Part shown: positions 13,167-25,742 of the stretch, in pieces
Position numbering within the stretch: position 1 is the first letter of the stretch
Layout of the letters: the number at the start of each line of letters is the position of its first letter
Assembly (NCBI GenBank): GCA_951406725.2
Contig: OX597815.1
Location: 13,578,001 to 13,642,000 of the forward strand
Direction: 5' to 3'
DNA: 64,000 bases
Origin: Octopus vulgaris
Taxonomy: Eukaryota
The notes under the pieces: model-generated
What the model was told of the DNA's origin: nothing
The model's database searches: none
Seen by the model: the letters and a program-made list of their open reading frames with translations, nothing else
Made by a program: the position numbers and the translations under genes

Positions 13167-13520
13167 TATCGTCATCATCGTCATCATCGTCATCATCGTC
13201 GTCGTCGCCGTCGTCGTCGTCATCGTCGTCGCCGTTGTCGTCGTCGTCGTTGTCGTCATCATCATCGTCGTCATCATCATCATCATCATGATCATCATCA
13301 TCATGATCATCATCATCATCGCCATCATCGTCATCATCGTCATCATCGTCATCATCGTCGTCGTCGCCGTCGTCGTCGTCATCGTCGTCGCCGTCGTCGT
13401 CGTCGTCGTCATCATTGTCGTCATCATCATTATCATCATCATCATCATCAGCAGCAGCAGCAGCATCAGCATCATCATCATCATCATCATCTTAACGATT
13501 GCTATCACTATTATTATCAT
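13073..13520. repeat. Compound (ATC)/(GTC) trinucleotide array with higher-order duplication
   Basis: Block atcgtcatcatcgtc...gtcgccgtc recurs near 13170-13260 and 13325-13420. Confidence 0.9.
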
Positions 13521-13524
13521 TTCT

Positions 13525-13860
13525 CTGTATCATGCTTTGTTGGTGCTCATGGAGTCTTACATGCGTAGCCGGCTCGTAACTTGCCTACGATATATTCATA
13601 TCCGTTCTTTTCAGCTATCTAATAGTTTCCTGAGTAATTTGGCTGTACCAAGGAACAAACATTTTGTAACAGTTCTAATGAGGACCCTGCTCCAATTTTC
13701 TTTATGTTCCTCTCGGTACGTTTTGATACTCTGCCGAAGTACCCAACAATAACCGGCTCTATCTTCATCTCCTTCGTTTTCCATAGCCGTATTTTGTTTT
13801 AAATCCAGCAGGGATAGAAAATCCACCAATCTTAGTGGGGATGTGGGCTTAGTCACCGAC
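13525..13860 (-). mobile_element. Old R4/Dong-type 3' fragment
   Basis: C-terminal KCLFLGTAKLLRKLLDS*. Confidence 0.6.
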
Positions 13861-13919
13861 TAGTATTACTATTATTATTATCATTATTATCATTATCATT
13901 ATCATTATTATTATCATTT

Positions 13920-14430
13920 TTTTTTTCTTCTTTCAAATTTGCTTCCATTTCTTGCCGAGCGTCTTCCCGACTCCTAGGGCAAAGCAACTCATAGTATACA
14001 TTGGTAGGCCATTAAACCAAACTCAATAGTTCATTCATTTTTTTTAAGGTTAAATTAAAATACATGGGCAGTAACAGCTCTCACAGCGACAATGCTCTTC
14101 TCAATACGTGTGATGTACCATTTAAGACAAACTTTTGCACTTCTTGCAGGGATAGTAAACCAGGGATCATTCTCATATAATTTTCGTTTCCCTTCTTGAT
14201 CATTCCTAGTGCTCCTACGATCACTGGTATTGTAACCGCCTTGAGATGCCACATTTTCTCAATTTCAATGAGCAGGTCTTTTCTGAGCTTGTCAAACTCT
14301 TTCGCCGACATATTATGATCACAGGGGATGCTCATGTCGATCAATAAGCAAACTTTATTGTTTTTTGTCTTTCAAAACAATATCTGGTTTATTGGCTTTG
14401 ATGGTTCGGTCTGTATGTACTGTATGTGTG
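13920..14430 (-). mobile_element. R4/Dong-type 3' fragment (RLE plus 3'UTR)
   Basis: IDMSIPCDHNMSAKEFDKL..IEKMWHLKAVTIPVIVGALG..LNGTSHVLRRAL; bounded by (TTA)n-type tracts. Confidence 0.88.
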
Positions 14431-14438
14431 TATTATTA

Positions 14439-14517
<79 letters not shown>

Positions 14518-14521
<4 letters not shown>

Positions 14522-15481
14522 TAGTTTTATTTTTATAGCGTGCTTTCACTTCACTACCGAGCGCAGCTCTGTGTGCCTTGTATGTGCTTATTTGTGTGTT
14601 GCTTGATGTTTTGATTTGTTGTGTTGCTCTGATGGTTATTGTATGGAAAGTGTTCTGCGTAGGATGTGTGCAGTGCCTAGTAGTGCAATTTTCTGTATGT
14701 TATATGTGTTTGTAAGTCCTGGTGTTTTTGTTATGTATTTGTCTGAATATTTTTTTATCATGCCTAATGCACCTACTATGATAGGAATTGTTTCTGTTTT
14801 CAGATTCCACATTCTAGTTACCTCTATTTCTAGGTCTTTGTATTTTGAGAGTTTCTCCATTTCTTTTAGAGACACGTTGTCATCAGCCGGTATTGATACA
14901 TCAATTAGAAAGCATTTTTTTCTTCATGATCTCTGACAACTATATCTGGTCTGTTGGCCTTAATTTCTCTATCTGTGTGTATCGGCATATCCCAGAGTAT
15001 GGTTGCTTTCTCGTTTTGTGTGACATTTTCTGGTGTGTGCCTATACCATCTTTTTTCTGTTGTTATTCCATAATGTTGGCATAGCTTCCAATGTATGTAG
15101 GTTCCAACTCTGTCATGTCTGTGAATATATTCCTTCTTAGCCAGGACTGGGCAGCTAGAGATAATATGATTTATTGTTTCTTGTCCATCTCCACATATTC
15201 TGCAGTTACTTGTAATATTTCTTTTCATTACATGTTTTTGGTAATTTCTGGTGGGGAGGCTTTGGTCTTGTGCTGCAATTAAAAATCCCTCTGTTTCTGC
15301 TTTGAGTCCTGAGCTTCTCAACCATTTTTCTTTGGGATTTTTCTTTGTCGTCTTTCTTTTGCGTTTATTATTTCTTTTGCGTTTATCTATTTCTTTTGCC
15401 TGTTTTGTGACTGAGTATGATGCTTTCTTGTTTTCATGTTTTGAGACAAGTTTTAGCATCCAGTCCTCAGAGTTTTTCAAG

Positions 15482-15482
<1 letters not shown>
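14518..15482 (-). mobile_element. R4/Dong-type 3' fragment (CCHC zinc knuckle, RLE, 3'UTR)
   Basis: AAQDQSL, CRICGDGQETINHIISSC, RHD, NRPDIVV, KLSKYKDLEIE, IIVGALG; flanked by (TTA)n at 14432-14517 and 15483-15522. Confidence 0.93.
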
Positions 15483-15523
<41 letters not shown>

Positions 15524-15740
15524 GCAGTTCTACATTTAAGAGATAGGGAATTATGTACCTCATTTATATTATTTGCATTTGACAGATACTTGTCTTCATC
15601 TTGTTTCCTGTAAACACAACGTTTCGGCTGATATACCCCCCGGCCTTCATCAGATCAAGTCACTGCTTGGAATCGAACTCGGAATCTTGGGGTTCGTAGA
15701 CACGTGAGGAATGCTGGACGGTATATCAGCCGAAACAGTA
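15524..15740 (-). mobile_element. Small element with tRNA-like B-box head joined to a hammerhead ribozyme, plus an inverted second HHR copy
   Basis: Minus strand gagttcgattcc (15669-15680), then CTGATGA-aggc..gcc-GAAAC-GTT-gtgt (15614-15653). Plus strand agacac-gtgagga..cagcc-gaaac (15698-15736). Confidence 0.7.
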
Positions 15741-17794
15741 GTCTGAAGAAGCAAGGTCGGGAGAATAAGGTGGATGAGGAATTTTTTTTCAATCAAGCAC
15801 TTCGATCTTCTGTTATGTGATCTTTGAAATCTGAAGTTGCGCAAGGTTCTGATGAAACTTCACTACTTTTCGATTCACTTAAGCGGGTCTTTTTTTCTTC
15901 AAAGCCTGGTTTGCTGACAGTAGACTTGAGCATTGATTGTTGCATTAGGTGGTAACAATTCAAAGTGAACTACTCATTTGCAAAATTCCCCCAGATAGAG
16001 AGAAGAAACTTTTCCCCATGAAGTACGCTTCTCGGTTGTGGTTGAGCTTTTTTCCTTTTTACCAAGTCACTGTTTATGACGTTCAACATTTCGATTAAAG
16101 AAACCTTTTTTTCGTCACCAGTCACAGGTCTATCCAAAAGGGGTGAAATGAGCTTGCGAAAATGGACAGAAGAGCAGATGTCAACTCGAGATTTCCAGTT
16201 GCTTTCGGACAATTTATGAGGCATCCAGTTTCCAAGTTTAGGAATCTTTCCAAGTTGAAGATGACAATGAACAGTTGTATGGGTTAAACTAAAATTTATG
16301 GCCAATTCTTCAACTGATAATGCAGAATTTATTTCAAGTAATGCCTCGAGGAGCTTATCATCAAACTCAACTGTACGTCCTGTTCGAGCTTCATCTTCAA
16401 GTTTGAAATCTCCACTTCTGTATTTTGCAAACCATCTTCTGCAAGTTCTTTCATTCAAGCATTCTTTCCCATAAACTGAGTGTACGTTCCGAGTCTCTTC
16501 GCCTACAGAGTTTCGTTGTTTGCACTCAAAAGCCATTATGGGCTTCAAATGCTTTTTGGATACTTCCATTTTAGAAAGGATTTTAGAAAGAAATTTTAAT
16601 TTTATTATTCTGTAAAATAGTATGCAATTAGTTTAAATGTACAGAAATGCATGAAAATAATTTTTAATCTCATTAATCTTTCTAAAATACTATTCTTCAT
16701 CTTGTTTCTTGTAAACACAACGTTTCGGCTGATATACACCCCGGCCTTCATCAGATCAAGTCACTGCTTGGAATCGAACTCGGAATCTTGGGGTTCGTAG
16801 ACACGTGAGGAATGCTGGACGGTATATCAGCCGAAACAGTAGTCTGAAGAAGCAAGGTCGGGAGAATAAGGTGGATGAGGATTTTTTTTTCAATCAAGCA
16901 CTTCGATCTTCTGTTATGTGATCTTTGAAATCTGAAGTTGCGCATGGTTCTGATGAAACATCACTACTGTTCGATTCACTTAAGCGGGTCTTTTTTTCTT
17001 CAAAGCCTGGTTTGCTGACAGTAGACTTGAGCATTGATTGTTGCATTAGGTGGTAACAATTCAAAGTGAACTACTCATTTGCAAAATTCCCCCAGATAGA
17101 GAGAAGAAACTTTTCCCCATGAAGTACGCTTCTCGGTTGTGGTTGAGCTTTTTTCCTTTTTACCAAGTCACTGTTTATGACGTTCAACATTTCGATTAAA
17201 GAAACCCTTTTTTCGTCACCAGTCACAGGTCTATCCAAAAGGGGTGAAATGAGCTTGCGAAAATGGACAGAAGAGCAGATGTCAACTCGAGATTTCCAGT
17301 TGCTTTCGGACAATTTATGAGGCATCCAGTTTCCAAGTTTAGGAATCTTTCCAAGTTGAAGATGACAATGAACAGTTGTATGGGTTAAACTAAAATTTAT
17401 GGCCAATTCTTCAACTGATAATGCAGAATTTATTTCAAGTAATGCCTCGAGGAGCTTATCATCAAACTCAACTGTACGTCCTGTTCGAGCTTCATCTTCA
17501 AGTTTGAAATCTCCACTTCTGTATTTTGCAAACCATCTTCTGCAAGTTCTTTCATTCAAGCATTCTTTCCCATAAACTGAGTGTACGTTCCGAGTCTCTT
17601 CGCCTACAGAGTTTCGTTGTTTGCACTCAAAAGCCATTATGGGCTTCAAATGCTTTTTGGATACTTCCATTTTAGAAAGGATTTTAGAAAGAAATTTTAA
17701 TTTTATTATTCTGTAAAATAGTATGCAATTAGTTTAAATGTACAGAAATGCATGAAAATAATTTTTAATCTCATTAATCTTTCTAAAATACTAT
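15593..17794. repeat. 1101-bp tandem duplication
   Basis: 15593-16693 vs 16694-17794, near-identical with a few substitutions. Confidence 0.95.
15750..16693 (-). pseudogene. Mariner transposase pseudogene, copy 1
   Basis: ORF 15970-16569: RTCRRWFAKYRSGDFKLEDEARTGR (HTH), WMPHKL (WVPHEL), VTGDEK. Frameshifted KRPA.VNRK..FHQN downstream. Confidence 0.93.
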
Positions 17795-17855
17795 TAAATT
17801 TCATTCAATTTTAAAAAAAGGTAAAATCAGACGGAACCTATGGGATGACCTGATA
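16851..17855 (-). pseudogene. Mariner transposase pseudogene, copy 2, retaining the 5' TIR
   Basis: ORF 17071-17670 differs from copy 1 by one residue; TIR-like TA-tcaggtcatcccataggttccgtctgattt at 17824-17855. Confidence 0.93.
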
Positions 17856-19276
17856 CATCACCTTCATTATTTATTTCACCGTTATTCTGAGGACCTCTTC
17901 CACTCGAGTCGGCAGCACGTGCACTAGAATACAGTTCCATCCTGGCATGGTAACAGAGATGGGAATTAAAACTCTCAACTTCCCTACACTCCACACCTTG
18001 CCCTCAGTTATTTCCTGTTTTTCTCTCTACTGAAGTCGAGCATCAGAAGCAGTCGCCTTGAGGACATTGAAAACATGTACGAGTCATTTACAAGGGTCCT
18101 GTGCCCCTTTTTTTAGAAGGACTTGCATGAAGCCTTCATACTAGCTGAAGAGCTATAAGTGTATTGACGTCAGTGGGTCTTTGAAGGAGAAAGAATATTA
18201 CTACGTCTTTGAAATTAATAAGTATTTTCATTGACAATGTCTCACAACTTCTGATACGCACCTCACAACTGGTAAAGAAACTTAATTTCACAGAATTGTT
18301 TTACCATCAGAAGTTTGGGTTCGAATGGTTCGATTCTTTAGACAAAAGTTTTAGGGGAAGTCGTTGCAAATTAAATAGACCGTCAGGCCAACTTTCCACT
18401 TCGCTATTTCGATGGCAAAAGAAAATATCTGTGGAGTTTCCGTTTTGATTTATTAATCCAGTAATTTATATTACTGGATATACGTTAAATTATAATACAT
18501 GACAGATTAAATTATTGTATTTGCTGGTTGCATTTCTACGCCAAGCTCCTTCATCCTGGAAATGGTTCCATAGCGAAATGAAAGCAACATAGTACCAATA
18601 TGAAACCCTAGTTACCCATATGTATTCTCTATACGCTTGCTGGAAAATAAGTTATACACTAAAAAATGTTTTCTATAAAGGTAAGATGATAATTTCTGAC
18701 AATACATTATTCTCTGCCGGCTATTAATCATAGACAAATTTCAATCAAAATTTCAATTTCCTCAAGTCAAGCTTACCACGAATGAATTGAATGAATAACT
18801 CATGAAACTCGTCCAATCTCTAAATTAACGTTTACACTTGCTTATCTAATGTTTTCATTTGCAATTTATGAAATAATATATTTTTTTTAAATTTCAATTT
18901 TAATAGCAAATGATAGTAAACTTTTTTTAAAAAATAAGGTAAACTCTAAAATTGAAATTAACAGACACATATGCGCACTTACGTATATATGCCTGTGTAA
19001 TAATAAAGTTTATCGATTTGTTTCATATCCGTTTTCTTTACTCTAAGCAATATCATTCTCTGACGAAATCACAAATTACAGTCAAATATAGCAATTATAT
19101 AGGGATCAAAATTCAAGTACCAGGATAGTAGTAAGCTCAGTAGGGCTAGAATAACAGAATGACATACATCAGTTAAAATATGATTCCAGCCAATTGGGAA
19201 GCCAGATCCATTAATTGTCGGACCCAATTTTATGTTCTTGAGGGATGGATAACATTATGATTATATATATGCATAT

Positions 19277-19923
19277 AAATAAATATGTATGATATAGATG
19301 TCCGCATGCATTTGTAATACATAACAGTTTTTATTGGTGGTGGTGTTGCATATAAGGTGAACTAGGTGTTAGAGAGAGTGAGAGAGACTGAAACAGGAAC
19401 TGAGACATATAGGTAGAGAGAGTGTGATGGAGAGGGAGCGGTGATATTCACCATGTAGTTTTTGCATGCGTTCATGAAAATATTGGAAGCCAACAAAGGA
19501 ATATGACATAAAAATCTGCTAATTAATCATCATATTATTATATCGCGTCATCCATATTTATGTGCAATAGTTATGGTCAGTAGAACTATGTAAACAAAAG
19601 AAAACTTAAACGTTACCAAATACAATTGATAAAAATCTTATATAAAAACTAAAACTACTAATGCCACAACTACAAGAAAATCAATAAAATAACAACGATA
19701 TATTGATGAGTATATGAAAATAGCTGTAAGGATAAGAATTTCATATGATATTGATCTTAATATCTTTGAATAAACTTATGCCTATATGTCAATTTCTTAA
19801 TTTTCTTATTTTTCTCACTAATAAGGTGTTTAGATACCCAAACCGGAAACTAGGATGCAAACATCCCTGAAAGGATTATAGGTCCTTTGGCTTGATTATG
19901 TGCATACATACATATATATATAC

Positions 19924-19994
<71 letters not shown>

Positions 19995-20009
19995 TATGTA
20001 TGTATGTAT

Positions 20010-20068
<59 letters not shown>

Positions 20069-20788
20069 TATTATATGTATATATATATATACTACATACA
20101 ATATTTATAATCAAACCAGAAATCTCTCTGTACATTTAGGAGATAGAGCGACAATGTATGAAATAAATATGTATGATATAGATGTCCGCATGCGTTTGTA
20201 ATACATAACAGTTTTTATTGGTGGTGGTGTTGCATATAAGGTGAACTAGGTGTTAGAGAGAGTGAGAGAGACTGAAACAGGAACTGAGACATATAGGTAG
20301 AGAGAGTGTGATGGAGAGGGAGCGGTGATATTCACCATGTAGTTTTTGCATGCGTTCATGAAAATATTGGAAGCCAACAAAGGAATATGACATAAAAATC
20401 TGCTAATTAATCATCATATTATTATATCGCGTCATCCATATTTATGTGCAATAGTTATGGTCAGTAGAACTATGTAAACAAAAGAAAACTTAAACGTTAC
20501 CAAATACAATTGATAAAAATCTTATATAAAAACTAAAACTACTAATGCCACAACTACAAGAAAATCAATATAAAATAACAACGATATATTGATGAGTATA
20601 TGAAAATAGCTGTAAGGATAAGAATTTCATATGATATTGATCTTAATATCTTTGAATAAACTTATGCCTATATGTCAATTTCTTAATTTTCTTATTTTTC
20701 TCACTAATAAGGTGTTTAGATACCCAAACCGGAAACTAGGATGCAAACATCCCTGAAAGGATTATAGGTCCTTTGGCTTGATTATGTG

Positions 20789-20857
<69 letters not shown>

Positions 20858-20912
20858 GTATATATATATATATGTATGTATGTATACACACACACACACA
20901 CACACACACACA

Positions 20913-20945
<33 letters not shown>

Positions 20946-21032
20946 TATTATATGTATATATATATATACTACATACAATATTTATAATCAAACCAGAAAT
21001 CTCTGTACATTTAGGAGATAGAGCGACAATGT
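19277..21032. repeat. About 880-bp tandem duplication
   Basis: 19277-20157 vs 20161-21032; unique sequence near-identical, microsatellite lengths differ. Confidence 0.95.
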
Positions 21033-21087
21033 GATTCTATTAGTATAATAATAACCATATAATAATATATCAAAATAATTATATATA

Positions 21088-21310
21088 AGCTGCGATTTAA
21101 ATCGACATTTATATATAAACGATTGACTGTAAAAAGATGAAGGGACCCCGGACAGATTCGAGCCCACCAATCAACGCTAACATGGCTCCTTGCGCATCCG
21201 GATTGGCCAAACGCTCGCCCATCAACTTCAACCAAATTTTAGGAATATATATTATAACTGTTCAATCCTACATATGATATTTGTAAACAAACCAGTAGGT
21301 TTTGTGAATT
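21088..21310. mobile_element. MITE-like element, inverted relative of 21637-21912
   Basis: gcatccggattggccaaacgctc..ttcaaccaaattttaggaatata matches the reverse complement of 21760-21815. Confidence 0.65.
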
Positions 21311-21369
21311 ACAGACATAGATCGTCTATGGAAGTATATTAGTACAAAAACAATTATATAATAATATAT

Positions 21370-21401
<32 letters not shown>

Positions 21402-21466
21402 CCGGAGTAAACACATAAATGTGAAACAAGGTGGAAAAAAGAGTACTCAAATACCAGTGGTAGAGT

Positions 21467-21618
21467 AATATGCTTTATTTTAAGCTGCAGAAAATTGAAC
21501 AAAATCTGTTACTCTGAGTTTCTCGTAGCCGTTCATCAGACAGTTTTTGATGAACGGCAACGAGAAACTCAGAGTAACAGATTTTGTTGAATTTTCTGCT
21601 GCTTAAAATAAAGTATAT
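21467..21618. ncRNA. Palindrome with a minimal type I hammerhead ribozyme on each arm (PLE-type)
   Basis: Arms about 70 bp. Minus strand ctgt-CTGATGA-acggctacga-GAAA-ctcaga-GTA-acag (21506-21543). The plus copy reads TTGATGA. Confidence 0.8.
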
Positions 21619-21636
21619 ATATATATATATATATAT

Positions 21637-21912
21637 ACTCCGATTTAAAGCGACATTATATAAACATTTTACTGAAAAATGTGAGCTAACCCAGGCCAGA
21701 ACTAAACCCACAATATCTGTTTACATATGTTATATATAGTATTGGACAGTTAAAAGTTATATTCATAAACTTTGGCTGAATTTAATGAATGAGCGTTTGG
21801 CCCAATCGGATGCACCAGGCGCTAGCCTTGATTTGTGGGATAGATTCTGGCCAGGGTTAGCTCATCATTTTTAAGTAAATTGTTTATTATAATTGCTTCT
21901 TGAAAACGGGGT
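21637..21912. mobile_element. MITE-like element with about 75-bp imperfect TIRs, next to TA repeats
   Basis: aaaaatgtgagctaacccaggccagaact..cccacaa vs ttgtggg..ttctggccagggttagctcatcattttt. Confidence 0.75.
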
Positions 21913-21922
21913 ATATATATTA

Positions 21923-21960
21923 CTAGCAATGTATCCCGGCGTTTTCCCGGGTGTTATGAC
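21923..21960 (-). mobile_element. Helitron 3' terminus (5' extent undetermined)
   Basis: Reverse complement cccgggaaaacgccggg hairpin then acattgCTAG-t; resembles the end at 25715-25742. Confidence 0.7.
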
Positions 21961-23167
21961 ATATAGCCATAATGTACTATTTGTTCCTTTCTTATGAGCA
22001 GAATCATCACAGCTGATATATAATGAACTAGATTTCTGGCTTAATGGAATTTATTGTTTGTTTGAAAGTGATGGGGGAAGGTACAGTTTGCATGGGCTTG
22101 CATGAAATTACTTTCTGTTTTTAAGAATGATCATAAAATATGTATTGTTTCATCGTTAAAATGGCGTTAATAGGATTTTTTCCAGAAATCAAGTTTTCTA
22201 AATTTTAGTTTCTCCTGTCCCAACCTCAATTTTTTAATTTATAACTCTTATACTATGTTTTTTTCATGCATGTAGAAATTGGAGGAGAAGAGAAAGTGAA
22301 ACCACTACATTTGCTTTGAAGTCAGACCAGAAAGTGAAAGAGAGGAGAAACTAAAAGATTATGTAGTGTGTGTGTGTCTGTGTTCGAGTGAGCGTGTAAA
22401 GAGTGAGAGAGTAAGTGAGAGAATGTGTGTGTGGTCATGTACGTGTAAGTCTCACTCACTCAGTCTCTCGCTATGTCTCATTCACACACACACACACACA
22501 CACACATCTTTCATATACACATGCATAACTACTTATGCATACATCGTTTTGTGTATATGTATGCGGGTTCATGTGAGAGAGAGAATGAGTGACCTCATAA
22601 GAATAGAAAAATGGATGTCTTCTTAAGGCAGACACTCATATAGAAAATGCGATGCCGTCGTCGTCGTCGATTTGTGGTATAAAATATTTACGATAGTTGC
22701 CTTATAGAAAAGATTATGTTAAATTTTGGTCATGCAAAAATATATGCACATTCATCAATGTGTTGACTGAGGTATATCTGGCGACGTTATGGGGAGAAAA
22801 TTGTTGTCTGTGAACCGTACATCTCTATCGGTTCGAAATCCTGTTCAACCAATATAATTTCGATGGCAGGCCGAGTATCTAATTACGTAATTGAAGTTTT
22901 GAGAGGCGCAAGTGAAGTGATATTACATTTTGAATATTAGTTCTTCTCTGAAAGGGAATTCTGATCCTTACAACAGATTGGGACATGTTACGCAATTAGG
23001 GCAAGCACAATTTAGAACTCCGTTGTTCTAGAGTCCGTTGTTCTAGGGACATTGGTGAGAATTTTTTTTCAATTACTTAGGCTCTTTCCTTCTCTTAATG
23101 ATTTTAGTGTTATGTAGAATCTCCCCAAGTTTGGGGTTCGTTTTTGGAGCATACACAATACCTGTAG

Positions 23168-23773
<606 letters not shown>

Positions 23774-23837
23774 ATATGTATAAATGTATGTGTGCATGCA
23801 TATATATATACACTCTCTCTCACGCGTACACACACAC

Positions 23838-23896
<59 letters not shown>

Positions 23897-23957
23897 CGCA
23901 CGTGCACACTCGCGCGCGCGTGCGCACACGAACACACATACACACCCCCGCATATAT

Positions 23958-24312
23958 AGGTGCAGGCGTGGCTGTGTGGTAGGAACCTTGCTTCCTAACC
24001 ACCTGGTTTTGAGTTCAGTCTGCACATTGGACAAGTGTCTTATACTGTAGCCTCAGGTCGATCAGTGCATTTTGAGTGGATTTGATAGAGGGAAACTGAA
24101 AGACGCCTGATTTATGTATACATGTTTGTGCGTGTGTGATTGTCTTCCCGTCACTGGTAATCCTCCTGTAACCAAACGGTTGGGCAAAAAAAGTGTTACA
24201 AATAGTACTATGAGTAAAAATATGTCCTGGGTGTCGATTTGTCCGACTAACATCATTTAAGGTGGTGCCCCAGCATGGCCCCAGTCAAATGACTGAAACA
24301 AAGAAAAGAATA
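23958..24312 (+). mobile_element. SINE family B
   Basis: ggcgtggctgtgtggtagg..gagttcagtc..ggtggtgccccagcatggcc..gactgaaaca. Confidence 0.85.
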
Positions 24313-25346
24313 AAATAACTTATATATATGAATCCATGTATATGTGTGTATTTTTGTGAAAAACTTTCTCTGTTAAATTTGTTCTGTATTAGGTTGTCTC
24401 TCTGGGTCATATCTCTCCATATATATTCCTCCCGCTTTCCGAAATACTATCTTTACTGTTGGTCGTATTATGGTTTATCGTCAATAGGTTTTTGGCTTCA
24501 TGAAAGTTTTCGATCCTTGTGTTTTTTTATTGTATTTCTTTTATTTTCGAAATCTATGTTTACTACATGTAAGTATAAAGCGAGAATTCTTGTTAAGCGT
24601 GACTTCATACAGATTGCTGATGACATGTACACGGCTTTTCAAATCGTATGTAAATGAGGATAATCAAAACTGAAGGATCTCACACCTTATTAACGTCAAA
24701 GACTAACCTACTTGAATATCAATACAGACAGGTAAATACATTTTCTTCTGTATTTAATTGTTCCTGAGATAAGCTTACAACATTTTTACAGTAATTTACA
24801 GCAGTTAAGAATTTAAAACCAATAAATTTTACGTAGTTTAACTTTAAGTAAATCACTCCTGTTTTTTTATCGCTTAACTTTCTGGGACTAAAAACACAAA
24901 GCTACAGTAGTATAAGTACGTACTGATTGAATTGTTCCTGCTTTAACAGATGCCTTTTTGTTGTAATTTGCGAAGATTTGGTTACTGCTTTTGTTTTAAA
25001 AATCAATATATTCGCTTTTCACTCCCGGAGAAGTGAGTTATGTATGGGATATTATTGACTTTATTGCCTCGACCGAAGACCATGTAACTTCAGAGTTGGA
25101 ATAAACAGAATCGTGTTAACTGTGTGTATTAATGGCGTGTGCCCGTAGATTATCAGGTTCCATCTCACTGTGTGTCGTATTCTATGAATGAATTTTTTTC
25201 TGTGGTTTCACATCCACCAAATTCTTATTAGAGTATCAAATCTACTGAAACCAAATGAAGACGTTCATACCAGTGAAAGTGGTAAGTTTGATATTGCCAT
25301 CTAAAGTTTTTCAATGAAATTACCCACACTACAAATGAATAATACA

Positions 25347-25742
25347 TCTTTATATATAAAAGTCAAGTTGTGTGTCTGTCTCCTACGATTTAGATTCCTA
25401 ACTACTCCCACATTTTGCGGTGCAGTTTAAGCAAAACCGGGTATCTTATAGTCGTGATTCATATCGAGCCCTCCTGGGTATTAGCGCGCGTCTACGATGA
25501 GTCTACGATTTAAAAAAAAAATGACCTTAATTTTTTTCCATTTTAATACATTTTGTCGCTATTATATAAGGGAAGTAACTCTCTAAAAATGTCTACAATG
25601 CGTCAACGATTTAAAAAAATTACCATCATTTTTTTTTCCATTTTTAATGCATTATTTTGCTATTTTATGGCTATAACTCTCTAAAAATGCTTATATAGTT
25701 ATTTCCCTTACAAACTCGAGCAACGCCGGGCGATACTGCTAG
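25347..25742 (+). mobile_element. Non-autonomous Helitron (396 bp)
   Basis: A|TC start, subterminal hairpin ctcgagcaacgccggg, CTAG|T end, no TSD, internal repeat of about 95 bp (ctacgatgagtctacgatttaaaa). Confidence 0.88.

Noticed and set aside
13044-13752. 158-aa and 232-aa ORFs
   Set aside because: They come from the trinucleotide array plus antisense retrotransposon sequence.
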